64,000 nt of DNA from an uncultured Acholeplasmatales bacterium (GCA_937877075.1 CALEGD010000065.1:13906-77905); one strand, 5' to 3'; shown: positions 47,001 through 55,331, numbered from the stretch's first letter. Program-made: numbers and translations. Notes: generated from the letters alone by a model not told the origin.

Positions 47001-49624
47001 TTAGATAAACCAATACATCCTGAAAAAGCATTAGCACCGATAATTTTCAAACTACTATTGAAGATTACAGATTTTAGACCTGTACATCCCATAAATGTCG
47101 AGTCACCAAGACTGCTTAAATTATCTGGTAATCTAACTGACGTTAAGGAAGAGCAACCCATAAAAGCTGAGTCGCCGATTAGAGTTATGCTATTAGGCAT
47201 ATTTATAGTAGTAAGAATAGCACAATTTCTAAACGCATAGGCCTTAATTTCAGTAACATTTGAAGGTATTCTATAAGAACCAGTTTTACCTGCAGGATAA
47301 TGTATTAAGCTCGTTTCAGATTTATTAAATAGCACTCCGTTAATATCGGTATAGTTTTCATTTTCTTTATCTACATTGATATTTAATAAATTAGTACAAT
47401 TATAAAATGTATTCTCATCAATATTACTAACAGTATCCGGGATAGTAATTAATTCTAAACTTGAACAATTATAAAAACTTCCTGGTTTTAAGTCTCCACC
47501 TGTTATAGTGACAGTAGTTAAACTCAAAGGAAGATAATAAATTGTATATTTGTGCGAATAATATTGGCTTGCCATATAACTGCCTTCAAAGAAGGAATTG
47601 CCAAATAGATAACCAAATAAGGCATCGCTTTCGACTGCATCAATACTAGCCCCAATAAATGGTAAAGTAATTTCAGTTAAAGCTGTACAACTAGCGAAAG
47701 TATTCTTTCCAATTGTTTGTACAGAATCAGGAATGACAATAGAGGTTAGTTTCTTACAATTCCAAAAGGCATTATCACCGATATAAACGATACTTGATGG
47801 TAAGCTTATACTTTCAATATCGGTATTCATAAAGCCATTATGATCTATACCAATAACCGGTTTTCCACTATAAAATTCAGGAATAACTATATTTTTAGAT
47901 TCTTCATTCCCCGCAGATACATAATATACATCATCTACAAGAATGTAATTCAAACCAAAGGTTGCTTGTTCATCACTAAACCATTTCGCATAGAATACTT
48001 TATCGCCTTTGCTGTCTTGAGGAATAGAGAATATTGCCTGACCTTCAAAATCAATATTATCATACCAACCAGCAAAAGTATTAGTACCCTTGGTGGGATC
48101 TCTCAACTCTATTTCGTCGTCAACATTATAAGATTCAGGATTAAATTGATCATTTAGACCACCATTAAGATTATAGGTAATGGAATATTCTTTTGGTGTC
48201 CATTTTGCCTGCAAGTTTAGAGCGTGAGAAGGCATATTAAATGTATATTCCATCTCAGTTGAAAGTAAATATTCACCATCATACCAACCAAGAAAAGAAT
48301 ATTCGTCTTTTAAATTGCTATCAGTTGTAGTTTCAGCAATAACAGTAACTGGGGAATCAAAATCAAAACTTGCATTTGTTCCACCATTGTTGAAACTAAT
48401 TTCTCCAGAGCGTTCATTGTTTTTTGTAAGAGTTACTTCATACTCATTTATTGTATATACTGCCTTGAGGTTTGCGTTTTCGGTATTATGCCAGAAAGAT
48501 AAACCTCTTCCTTCCTCATCAGTATATTGAATTTCATTTTGATACCATCCTGTAAAGGTATGTCCTTCTTTCCTTGGCACAGGCAATTCATATGCATCAT
48601 TATATCTGATGGCCTTTGTTGCTTGACTTACATTTCCGCCATCAGGGTCTAAAGTAATGTTGTATTCATTTGCGATAGGACTAACCTTTATCTTCAATCC
48701 ATCCCTAGCTAGGAATTCAGAAGGTTCTTCTATAATTTGATATGAACCCGAAGCTAAATAAGCCCATTTAAAATCAGAATAGCCTAAGTTTGCTTTGTAT
48801 TCAAACTCTGGAACACTTAAATAGCTATCGGTTGCATAGTGATGAGTTATGATAAACTCACCATTCTGATCATAATAAGAAACTAAGAAAGTGCTTTTTT
48901 GTTCTATCGTTAATCTAATACTTTTAGATTCTTCTGGCAGAAAAATATAATAAACTTTTCTTTGTCCAGGACTTATTTCTATTACAGTATTAGAAACTTG
49001 ATTTTTCCCATCTTTATCTTCACATAAATCCCATCTCCTAGAAGAACTGATATAGTCTGCTAAACTGATAGATTTAGTATTATATGGAACTCTTAAATAT
49101 AACTCATCCGAGAAATTTGATACATTTAAGATTTTTACCATTCCATTTGATATTGACAGATTCGAAGCGATGTAAGATTTGCTTTCTTGAGTAAAGTAAT
49201 CTTTATCTTCTGAATAAAAAGGTACTTGTTCGCCACTGCCTCCATTTCCAGTTTTGTAAATCTGAGTCATTCCCATCATGCTAAAGGTAAGGACGCCATC
49301 CTTAACTGTGCCACTCATGAGTTCTTCTTCTTCGCCAAACACTTCAGAATAGAGGGTTATTTTATCTCCATTTAATTCAAATCTACCTCCCATTCCGTCA
49401 TTGTCGGTCCACTTGTTTCCACTTTTAAGTTCAAACCAAGATTCTTCATTTTTGAATTCGCCATCATATTGATAATATTTTCCAGAAATGCCTCCTCCTT
49501 GACATCCCGCTATCGGAAAGATTAACAAAGTAGCGATCAGAAAGAAGAATAGTTTAATAAACTTTCTCTTAACTGATTTCTTCACGATTTTCTTCTCCTT
49601 TAATTTTAGAAATTGTAAAAACAA
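41075..49624 (-). CDS. giant surface lipoprotein: 3 Listeria-Bacteroides repeats followed by dozens of BspA-type leucine-rich repeats
   Basis: 2849 aa. Lipobox IAGCQGGG. Repeats ending ...GHTFTGWY / FLGWY / FAGWY. Recurring LRR unit IPDSVTSIGxxAFxGCxxLTxITLP with super-repeats of ~110 aa and FAIQxGxLxQYxG modules. Confidence 0.8.
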   Translation of the reverse strand: MFLQFLKLKEKKIVKKSVKRKFIKLFFFLIATLLIFPIAGCQGGGISGKYYQYDGEFKNEESWFELKSGNKWTDNDGMGGRFELNGDKITLYSEVFGEEEELMSGTVKDGVLTFSMMGMTQIYKTGNGGSGEQVPFYSEDKDYFTQESKSYIASNLSISNGMVKILNVSNFSDELYLRVPYNTKSISLADYISSSRRWDLCEDKDGKNQVSNTVIEISPGQRKVYYIFLPEESKSIRLTIEQKSTFLVSYYDQNGEFIITHHYATDSYLSVPEFEYKANLGYSDFKWAYLASGSYQIIEEPSEFLARDGLKIKVSPIANEYNITLDPDGGNVSQATKAIRYNDAYELPVPRKEGHTFTGWYQNEIQYTDEEGRGLSFWHNTENANLKAVYTINEYEVTLTKNNERSGEISFNNGGTNASFDFDSPVTVIAETTTDSNLKDEYSFLGWYDGEYLLSTEMEYTFNMPSHALNLQAKWTPKEYSITYNLNGGLNDQFNPESYNVDDEIELRDPTKGTNTFAGWYDNIDFEGQAIFSIPQDSKGDKVFYAKWFSDEQATFGLNYILVDDVYYVSAGNEESKNIVIPEFYSGKPVIGIDHNGFMNTDIESISLPSSIVYIGDNAFWNCKKLTSIVIPDSVQTIGKNTFASCTALTEITLPFIGASIDAVESDALFGYLFGNSFFEGSYMASQYYSHKYTIYYLPLSLTTVTITGGDLKPGSFYNCSSLELITIPDTVSNIDENTFYNCTNLLNINVDKENENYTDINGVLFNKSETSLIHYPAGKTGSYRIPSNVTEIKAYAFRNCAILTTINMPNSITLIGDSAFMGCSSLTSVRLPDNLSSLGDSTFMGCTGLKSVIFNSSLKIIGANAFSGCIGLSKLVIPDSVTSIGSSAFSGCRGLTEMTLPFIGSGKITSQTNSLFGYIFGTTYYEGSYSAKQFYYYNPAYPQSYNATYYIPSGLDTVTITGGIVNYGAFFNCINIKTVNLMSVTEVEDYAFAFCISIEEIVFPDSITKMGNSILYNCNSIEAITVPYLYTTAANLFGSNICSKIKTMTVTGGTTIPESAFSGCNNLTTVVIPDSVTSIGRNAFRGCENLTEMTLPFVGTRINASPDLALFGNIFGNTSFTGSIAVEQYYSETGKVIFNLPSKLTKVTITGGEIKYGAFSNCRNLNSITLPEVTSIGDKAFYNCTSLTSLNMPESVTSIGRDAFNNSKLEYQVYDGNLKYLGNWLIDTVNTTITNINFKYNTIGIYDNAFANCSNITSVVIPDTVLSIGSGAFSGCTSLEEITLPFVGESISSSNNHFGFIFGATSYGTNANYVPSSLKKVTIKDGQIASNAFYGCKNLTSVNISDKVSKIGDGAFAGCSGLTEMVLPFVGAGKTTQASERLFGYIFGQTFYTGSITTDQFYASYSKMTYYIPANLRNVVITGGSINYGAFYNCSTLTSITIPTELTSIGEKAFYNCNNLVSITIPKSVVNIGDSAFASCSKLQNVNMAEDSELITIGFNAFENCTSLLSITIPDGITSLYGSTFSGCSKLVTVIISENSKLNYLGDNVFSYCTNLESISIPDGVTSISQNAFYNSNKIIYEIYDNNLKYLGNWLMGTVGKTLESATLKPETIGIYYSALANCSNLISINIPEEVMIIYDNAFSGCSKLETVSFEENNKLWYLGDFAFAYCSNLVNTNLEENSQLEKLEDSLFSNCISLVTLTIPSGVTSIGEYTFNGCTSLTSIQLPESLTSIGNNAFNNCLGLSSLIIPDSVETIGQNALSSCGNLIDLTLPFVGASLDATGPSALFGYIFGKYSYPNAINIAQYYSSDSSTSYYIPQSIKKVEITGSKLNYGAFYNCSMIEEIVINNMENIGEAAFYNCNKLMSITIPQTTTNIGRAAFDKCLDLTYVYSNNPTPPEMIEAFKNNNIGLKIYVPAKALQSYQAKYPWSNYKNIIHSQAIIDENGFAIQEGLLVQYLGDLVDITIPNAVSKIGAYAFRDSLENITIPDTVIELDNNAFRDCINLSNVEFLENSQLELIGNYAFYGCLDLESIVIPTTVTKIGQYAFNGNTNLRNVYFDPNSELSIIDDYAFSNCDGLESIIIPTNVTNIGYYAFKFSDNLRTVILKPLTPPVLEYGAFESNLSVKLYVPLESLSSYQGADNWKNYLSNIYSESIIDENGFAIQDGRLIQYHGSLNEVTIPDSVTQIGAYAFDYHLTSVTIPASITKIDDYAFKGCSNLESVVFEEDSQLQSIGNYAFNDCLELEFIALPANLTSIGSYAFAGCRKLSVLEIPSGVIALSDYLFSGCTGLTAIALSDGLNRIGSYAFNGCTSLNSINIPANVVSISSNAFSGCSGLEEMTLPFVGESKEATNASALFGYIFGTTSYSGSTEATQVYNGSSIKYYIPSGLVKVNITGNSLNYGAFSNCVMINEITIKNVTNIGSYAFSGCSNLNSIVIPNGITTISNNAFAGCSSLLSITVPSSISSIGDNAFSNCTDLATVFLNGTTPPVLGTGAFTNNGSGRRFYVPSLQLSSYKSATGWVSYSFSIFSKTIINSNGFAIQNGKLIQYTGNSTDITIPSTVSSIDHYAFNNRVIRVELLSGVTTITEYSFRNYRNIAEIVVASGNNYFSSIDGILYDKSGTKLILYPIGRTDTTYNIPDGVLTIGKYAFKDCNNLISIAMPSSLTDIEEYAFMGCSSLKSVNIPNSVNNISDYIFSGCNSLTEVNLPFLGKNRETAMLLGYLFGTEQYQGSIGARQRNHVGMIATFYLPSGLRKVTVNGGAIAYGAFYDCALLNQVILNNVTRIDAFAFSYCNNFSLRLYNTTPPTLDSYALDNTYSLTIYVPTSSLFTYKNTNVWRNYSSIIYGF

Positions 49625-49995
49625 CTATTATTATACCATATCGTGTATTGGAAATTAAAGGAATATTTTAGCGAATTATGTCGAATGTTGTACTATAGTA
49701 ACAAAAAAATCAGAACTGTACTCTTCCCTGATTAGTTCATAATTAACCTAGCTCCTACTTGGTTATAAAGAGACAATGTTCTATAATTTATAATACTGAA
49801 GTTTAGTGAGGTTTTTATGAAAAATTACTGCTTGTTTCGCACTTTTATCGGATTAATCCCTCTTTAATTGCCATAGGTTTTGCATTAGGTTTTTAGTTGA
49901 GGGGATTTCTGCTTATCAAACACGAGCAATTCTTTTTGGAATTGCTTCTTTTTAGATGGATGTATAGGTCTATTAATCTGTATTTATATTATTAA

Positions 49996-50030
49996 AAAAT
50001 CAAAAGGGTTAAGTTTTCCTTAGCCCTTTT
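49996..50030. terminator. bidirectional rho-independent terminator
   Basis: GGGTTAAG / CTTAGCCC arms with TTTTC loop, A-run upstream and T-run downstream. 300 nt past the HD gene stop. Confidence 0.4.
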
Positions 50031-50331
50031 CGCATAATAAAAGTTTATTTTAATTTTTGTTCCAAACGCATACTATTCTTTCTGATTAGTTTTGAAATAA
50101 AACTCCACTAATAAAGTTCAGGAAAAACAATAAATCATAATCAACCCAATCATCCAATATGCACAATAACAACAACATTAATTCAGTAATATGCATACCA
50201 TCGATATTTACTCCTGGAACTTGTTCTTTTAATGTATTTAATGCTATCTTCAGTAATTTCACTTATATTTTTAGATTCTCTTGGCCTAGGTATAAAATAC
50301 TGTTCCAATTTCTCCAACAGATTAAACAAAT

Positions 50332-50763
50332 TTATTTATCCCCTAATAAAAATAGTGCTTTTCTATATTTCTCAATTCTTTTTTCATCTTCTTCAGTAAT
50401 TTGATTAAGTCTTGTTAAATCAGAATTATGTTTTAAATCTTCAATTTTTACTCTTGTTGCTATGGTATTATTCTTCACTTTTTTTATATATTCAAAATAA
50501 GGTATGGCTTTAGAATGAGTAAGTACTTTAATCGCTTCAGTTACTTCAATAGGAAAGCCTATGTCTATTAAATCTTGAATTGTATAATTGCTATCTTCAA
50601 CAACATCATGCAATAGTGCAACACATGTCGAATATTCATCATTCATTTGTTCAGCCAAGTGGAAAGGATGGAATACATAAGGCAATCCAGATTTATCTTT
50701 TTGTTTCTTATGTGCTTCATATGCTATGATTAAAGCTTTTTTAGTTAATTCTGTGTAGACCAC
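50332..50763 (-). CDS. stand-alone HD-domain protein, small alarmone ((p)ppGpp) hydrolase-like
   Basis: 143 aa. IAYEAHKKQKDKSGLPYVFHPFHLAEQ...LLHDVVED reproduces the His..HD motifs of the SpoT/Rel hydrolase domain. Confidence 0.65.
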   Translation of the reverse strand: MVYTELTKKALIIAYEAHKKQKDKSGLPYVFHPFHLAEQMNDEYSTCVALLHDVVEDSNYTIQDLIDIGFPIEVTEAIKVLTHSKAIPYFEYIKKVKNNTIATRVKIEDLKHNSDLTRLNQITEEDEKRIEKYRKALFLLGDK

Positions 50764-51019
50764 TTTTATCTCCTTTCACTTACATAACTAAACATAAATA
50801 TTTTTATTCCCTTTCTTGATGGGTAAATAATACTTGATAATTCAATCCCTGTTCTTTCATTATTGTAAAAAAGTTAACATTGTTATGAGAAACTAAGTAT
50901 CTTATTAATTCCCTCCGTACATCAATACAATAGTGAGTGCAGCAAATATCAAAATAAATATAGCAAGTATTCTCATCATACAATTTGGGATCTCCTTCTT
51001 TACTTTTTGATCTTAGAAT

Positions 51020-51289
51020 TTAATTTAAAATCTGTTTAATGTAGTAATGAAGTACAACATAAAATTGTAGAATCATCATTATGAATAATACAAATACACT
51101 TGAACTGATATTTAATACCATTAAGAGTAAAGCAACTAATATATTGAGTATCCATATAGCAACAAAATCAATAAACCAAAACTTATTCTTTTCTGTAACT
51201 AATTTATTGGATTCACCATTTGATTTACCAATAAAAGCAAAGCATATGCTTATAGAAGTAATCCCGAAGCCAAATATAGTCAATAACAA
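51020..51289 (-). CDS. small multi-TM membrane protein; probably the 3' part of a longer gene (to 51534) interrupted at a T6 tract
   Basis: The frame is open with no stop from 51565 down to 51020. An upstream ATG at 51534 (9 nt after the HTH-DUF4097 stop) opens MYLYYLYLVGYTAKITF in the -1 frame and merges at the TTTTTT run 51495-51500. Confidence 0.4.
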   Translation of the reverse strand: MLLTIFGFGITSISICFAFIGKSNGESNKLVTEKNKFWFIDFVAIWILNILVALLLMVLNISSSVFVLFIMMILQFYVVLHYYIKQILN

Positions 51290-51542
51290 GGTGAATGGTA
51301 AGTTAGAGATTACTAATGGTACTTCAGGATTAACTTTTATAAGCCCAACCGTGGTTGCAATTAAAACTACTAATGATGGTACAACAGAAAAGACATATCT
51401 CCATTTATGCCCTTCGATTCTTTCTATCTCAACAAGTTCAGTTTGAAAGGGTAAAAGAACTAGTAAATATATTAGCCCTGTAAAAAAGTAATTTTCGCTG
51501 TATATCCTACAAGATATAGATAATATAAGTACATAATATAAT

Positions 51543-52832
51543 TTATATAGATTTTTCCCCTCGATTTAAAATTTTAATTACACCCTTTTTCTTGATTTGC
51601 TCTATAGAACTTTCAACTACTCTTCCTATTGTTACTTGACCATTAGAATCGATTACAATTGAAGCTTTTTGAACTTTAACTCCAGTTGCCTCAATATCAC
51701 CGCTTCCTTTAATAATAATATCTAATTTTTTACAATATCCATTTTTCAGATTAATATTACCATTTCCAGAAATACGTAAGTTTGCTTCACCTTCACCACT
51801 TATATTATGAAGTGTTATATCTCCAGATCCATTTATATTTGCGTTAGTTGAAACCAAATTTTTAACATCAATATCACCTGATCCATTTATTGATGCATCC
51901 AATTTATTAACATTTTCCCACTCTATATTTCCTGAACCATTAATTAATAAATTACCTGTTTCGGTATTTTTTGCTTTTATTAAACCAGATCCATTTATTG
52001 ATGAGATGCATGATTCAAAATTATTCATCTTAATAATTCCTGATCCATTTATCATTAATTTGCCATTTTCAAAATAACTTATCTCAGATATCAACTCTCC
52101 ACTACCATTTACTTTTACTAGCGCAGTTTTACCTGTTTCACATGGTAATTCAACAACTATACTATTTTTTTGATATGATGTATTATTATATCCCTCTTTA
52201 TTATCAAATCTAATAATTAGTTTCTCTTCTTGAACTTTTATATCCAACATTTTAATAAATCGTGTTTCGCCATTTGCATGAACTCTACATTTATTATCTT
52301 TTGATTGAATAATCTCACACTTATTTAAAAGCACTTCAATATCCAAACTATCAATATAATCAAACTCATAGTTTTTTGATTCTTTTGAAAAATCAATATT
52401 ACTATCTACATCATCTAAAACCAATAACCTTATCTCCCCTTGTCCAACATTAATAACTAAGTTATTAGATAATTCCGCTGTACTACCATCTTTAAATTTT
52501 ATTCCGGAACCATCGATAGAATCTACAATTTTTGAAGAATAACAAGCTTTGTTTTGATATTGATGTACTAATTCCATACTCTCATAAATCTTAGGAAATG
52601 AAATATCATTTTTTAAATTATTCTTTTTAATACCAAATAAATAATCAATCTCCACATTAAAAATAGTAGCAATCGTTGGAATTAGTGTAATATCAGGATA
52701 ACTTTGATCGTTTTCCCATTTTGATACTGCTTGTCCTGTAACTCCAAGTCGTTCAGCAAGCTCCCCTTGAGTCATATTTTTCTTAGTACGTAAGTCGTGA
52801 AGTCTTTTTCCAAATCCATCAAAACCAAACAT
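51543..52832 (-). CDS. XRE-family HTH fused to DUF4097 (beta-helical putative-adhesin) repeats
   Basis: N-terminal LRTKKNMTQGELAERLGVTGQAVSKWENDQSYP. C-terminal repeated INGSGDI / ISGNGNI / IKGSGDI beta-strand units. Confidence 0.7.
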   Translation of the reverse strand: MFGFDGFGKRLHDLRTKKNMTQGELAERLGVTGQAVSKWENDQSYPDITLIPTIATIFNVEIDYLFGIKKNNLKNDISFPKIYESMELVHQYQNKACYSSKIVDSIDGSGIKFKDGSTAELSNNLVINVGQGEIRLLVLDDVDSNIDFSKESKNYEFDYIDSLDIEVLLNKCEIIQSKDNKCRVHANGETRFIKMLDIKVQEEKLIIRFDNKEGYNNTSYQKNSIVVELPCETGKTALVKVNGSGELISEISYFENGKLMINGSGIIKMNNFESCISSINGSGLIKAKNTETGNLLINGSGNIEWENVNKLDASINGSGDIDVKNLVSTNANINGSGDITLHNISGEGEANLRISGNGNINLKNGYCKKLDIIIKGSGDIEATGVKVQKASIVIDSNGQVTIGRVVESSIEQIKKKGVIKILNRGEKSI

Positions 52833-53251
52833 AATTAACCTCCTATGTTTTTATTAATTATATCATTACTAATGTAAAAAACAAACAACCATTAGTTGAA
52901 TTCTACTAATGGTGTATAATTTGAGGATATATTTAGATTTAATATGTAAAATTACTGACAAAATGGTGCCACTGGCCGGAGTTGTTAAAAATCAAAAGTG
53001 GGACAAAAACGTCAAATTCTAGGCGAAATTTAGCCTAAAAGTGGGGTTTTTAAGAAAAAAAGGCGATTGTAATTCTTATTTTCCTTTAAATTCTTAATAT
53101 TTTTGATGTTTTTACGGTCTTTCCCACCAATTTCCCACTAAAGTCTATTAATAAGAGTTAGATTCAACAAAATATTTTCTAAGTAATATTGCATTATCTC
53201 TTCTTATGAAAATTTTTAAAAACATCTTATAAAACAAAAATAATTGAATTA

Positions 53252-53328
53252 CAGAGTATAGCTCAGTTTAGTAGAGCGCTTGATTTGGAATCAAGAAGTC
53301 GTGGGTTCAAATCCTTCTACTCTGACCA
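53252..53328 (+). tRNA. tRNA, probably Pro (anticodon UGG), with encoded CCA
   Basis: Cloverleaf by hand. Acceptor CAGAGTA/TACTCTG, D-arm GCTC-AGTTTAGTA-GAGC, anticodon arm CTTGA-TTTGGAA-TCAAG, T-arm GTGGG-TTCAAAT-CCTTC (one U-U mismatch), discriminator A + CCA. D-loop and T-loop match Firmicute tRNA-Pro(UGG), but position 37 is A, not G. Confidence 0.6.
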
Positions 53329-53495
53329 AATAACTATTTTATATTAATAAATTTTAAAAATGTATGTTTTTCAATGACATCTACCTCTTCTTTTGTAATT
53401 TAGTGAACAAGTATATACTTATCTTCTTGTTTATAAATTAAGTTGGAGGAGGGTTAATTTTTGTTGTATTTATTTATATTATATTAGTATAAAAT

Positions 53496-53711
53496 TTGAA
53501 TTTATTGAAAGGAGGGCATATTATGACATCAACAATAAAAGAAAACTTTACTAATAATATTATGTTTTTAGAAATATATAAAAATTACATGCATTTCTAT
53601 GACATCAATCAAGTAAAATTTTTGGGTTTTGCTATAGATGTAGTGACTAGTGAAAAAGTTTTTACTATTAGATCTATTAAATGTAATTATAAATATTTAA
53701 GTAGAATTTAA
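53496..53711 (+). CDS. small hypothetical protein
   Basis: 71-aa ORF preceded by GGAGGG RBS (aaggagggcatattATG) and followed by a strong terminator. Confidence 0.3.
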   Translation: MNLLKGGHIMTSTIKENFTNNIMFLEIYKNYMHFYDINQVKFLGFAIDVVTSEKVFTIRSIKCNYKYLSRI

Positions 53712-53780
53712 ATTATAATTCTTTAAGAAGAGATTTCTCTCAAAAAAATTTATTATATTCCCACTAAAATAGCATAAATA

Positions 53781-53817
53781 ACATTGTCATACCATTCATT
53801 ATGACAATGTTTTTTTG
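53781..53817 (+). terminator. rho-independent terminator
   Basis: Perfect 10-bp inverted repeat ACATTGTCAT / ATGACAATGT with 10-nt loop, followed by TTTTTTT. Confidence 0.65.
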
Positions 53818-53826
53818 TAATGTAAT

Positions 53827-53944
53827 TCGTCAGGCAGTCCTCGTCTTGCCCACCCGTCCTTTTTGACTAGTCCGAGCTGACATCTGACTGACTGGTCCTT
53901 GACCTGGACAGACAAGACGTCATTGACTTGCAGAAGCGTGTCAG
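53827..53944 (+). repeat. GC-rich GTC/GAC-word intergenic repeat, copy A
   Basis: Contains ..GAGCTGACATCTGACTGACTGGTCC..GACAGACAAGACGTCATTGAC.. and aligns to copy C over ~90 bp. GC content far above flanks. Confidence 0.6.
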
Positions 53945-54148
53945 ATTAATCTTACCTTTTTCTTCAGTTGCAACCAATTTATAACTCATTATCATTAAAT
54001 CTATCATGATAATGATATGTGTCTCTAATAGACAAGTTTAGGTTAGACTTAATCTTGTATTATTTGTTTAAAATTAGTAATGTTAGAATTTAAGAGATTT
54101 TTAAATCAATATCAAGTTCGAACATATTGTTTACAGACATGATTTTTT

Positions 54149-54415
54149 CTACTTCATCGAATGGTAAATACTTTTTTCAATTTTTACTATGTTCCACGTT
54201 TTGTTAAACTCTTTTTCAAAATACTCATCAAATAAAATTTGTGATTGCCCATAAGATTTCTTGCGAATATCATCAGATTTGAAGATTATACCTATACTTT
54301 TTCCTTTTTCATCATAAACTAAATAACCAGACTTTATACGTCCACTCTCTGAATAGGTAAATACTCCTTTTCTTCCTTGACGATTTACAATTTTATTCTC
54401 AATGAAAATTTTCAT
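54149..54415 (-). CDS. hypothetical small protein
   Basis: 88-aa ORF. Lys-rich. Confidence 0.3.
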   Translation of the reverse strand: MKIFIENKIVNRQGRKGVFTYSESGRIKSGYLVYDEKGKSIGIIFKSDDIRKKSYGQSQILFDEYFEKEFNKTWNIVKIEKSIYHSMK

Positions 54416-54655
54416 ACTATAAACCTTTCTTGTTATGCATCTTTGTTATATCTATAAATTTTAAAATATTTTTTATACCTATTTAATTTTGTTGTTTTAT
54501 TATCATTTCACTATTAATATTTTATAATTTAAAATAAAATTTTAAACCTAAAATATAAATGCAAAGCAAACTTTGCAAATTATCTTGACAACTAATTTCT
54601 ATTATGATATTCTATTATTGCAAAGTAAACTTTGCAATAATTACAAGGTGATATA

Positions 54656-54871
54656 ATGAAGAATAAAATTGCAGAATTAAGAAAAGAACGTAAAATATCG
54701 CAAACTGATCTAGCAGATGCAGTATTCGTTTCAAGACAAACAATTACCTCTATTGAAATTGGAAAATACAATGCATCACTGGAACTAGCATATAAAATTG
54801 CTAAATATTTTGGTTTAACGATTGAGGAGGTATTTGATTTCAGTGAAGTTGAGGTGAAATATAATGACTGA
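54656..54871 (+). CDS. XRE/Cro-C1 family HTH transcriptional regulator
   Basis: LRKERKISQTDLADAVFVSRQTITSIEIGKYNASLELAYKIAKYFGLTIEEVF. 71 aa. Overlaps the downstream membrane-protein gene by 8 nt. Confidence 0.8.
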   Translation: MKNKIAELRKERKISQTDLADAVFVSRQTITSIEIGKYNASLELAYKIAKYFGLTIEEVFDFSEVEVKYND

Positions 54872-55316
54872 AAAAGAAAAATTATATAAAACAAAAAAGA
54901 ATATAAAAGTAATGTTATATTTAAGTATTTTCTATTTTATATTAACATTTTTTATATTTGTTGAATCATTTTTTATTAATAAAGAACAAAATTTATCTTT
55001 TGTAGGAGGTGTAGCTATTTTCTTATATGCACTTCTATCTATAACATTAGCTTTTATTGTAATCAATCTATATAGACTAAATAATCCAAAAACGATCAGA
55101 AGAAAAGCTATACGTGATTTTGATGAAAGATTATTAGAAATACATCATTCAGCCAATTCATCTACTTTTAGGGTTTTATTTATAATTAATTTAATAACAA
55201 TGATAGTTTCTATTCCTCTAAACTCATTAGATTTATTTACATATTCCATTATTTTATTGTTTATTGTACCTATAATTCATACCTTAATTAAAGTAATTCT
55301 CAAAAAACGTTTGTAA
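54864..55316 (+). CDS. 4-TM membrane protein (partner of the small XRE regulator)
   Basis: 150 aa with four hydrophobic helices. Translationally coupled to the regulator. Confidence 0.5.
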   Translation: MTEKEKLYKTKKNIKVMLYLSIFYFILTFFIFVESFFINKEQNLSFVGGVAIFLYALLSITLAFIVINLYRLNNPKTIRRKAIRDFDERLLEIHHSANSSTFRVLFIINLITMIVSIPLNSLDLFTYSIILLFIVPIIHTLIKVILKKRL

Positions 55317-55331
55317 GAAAGGAGGAACAAA

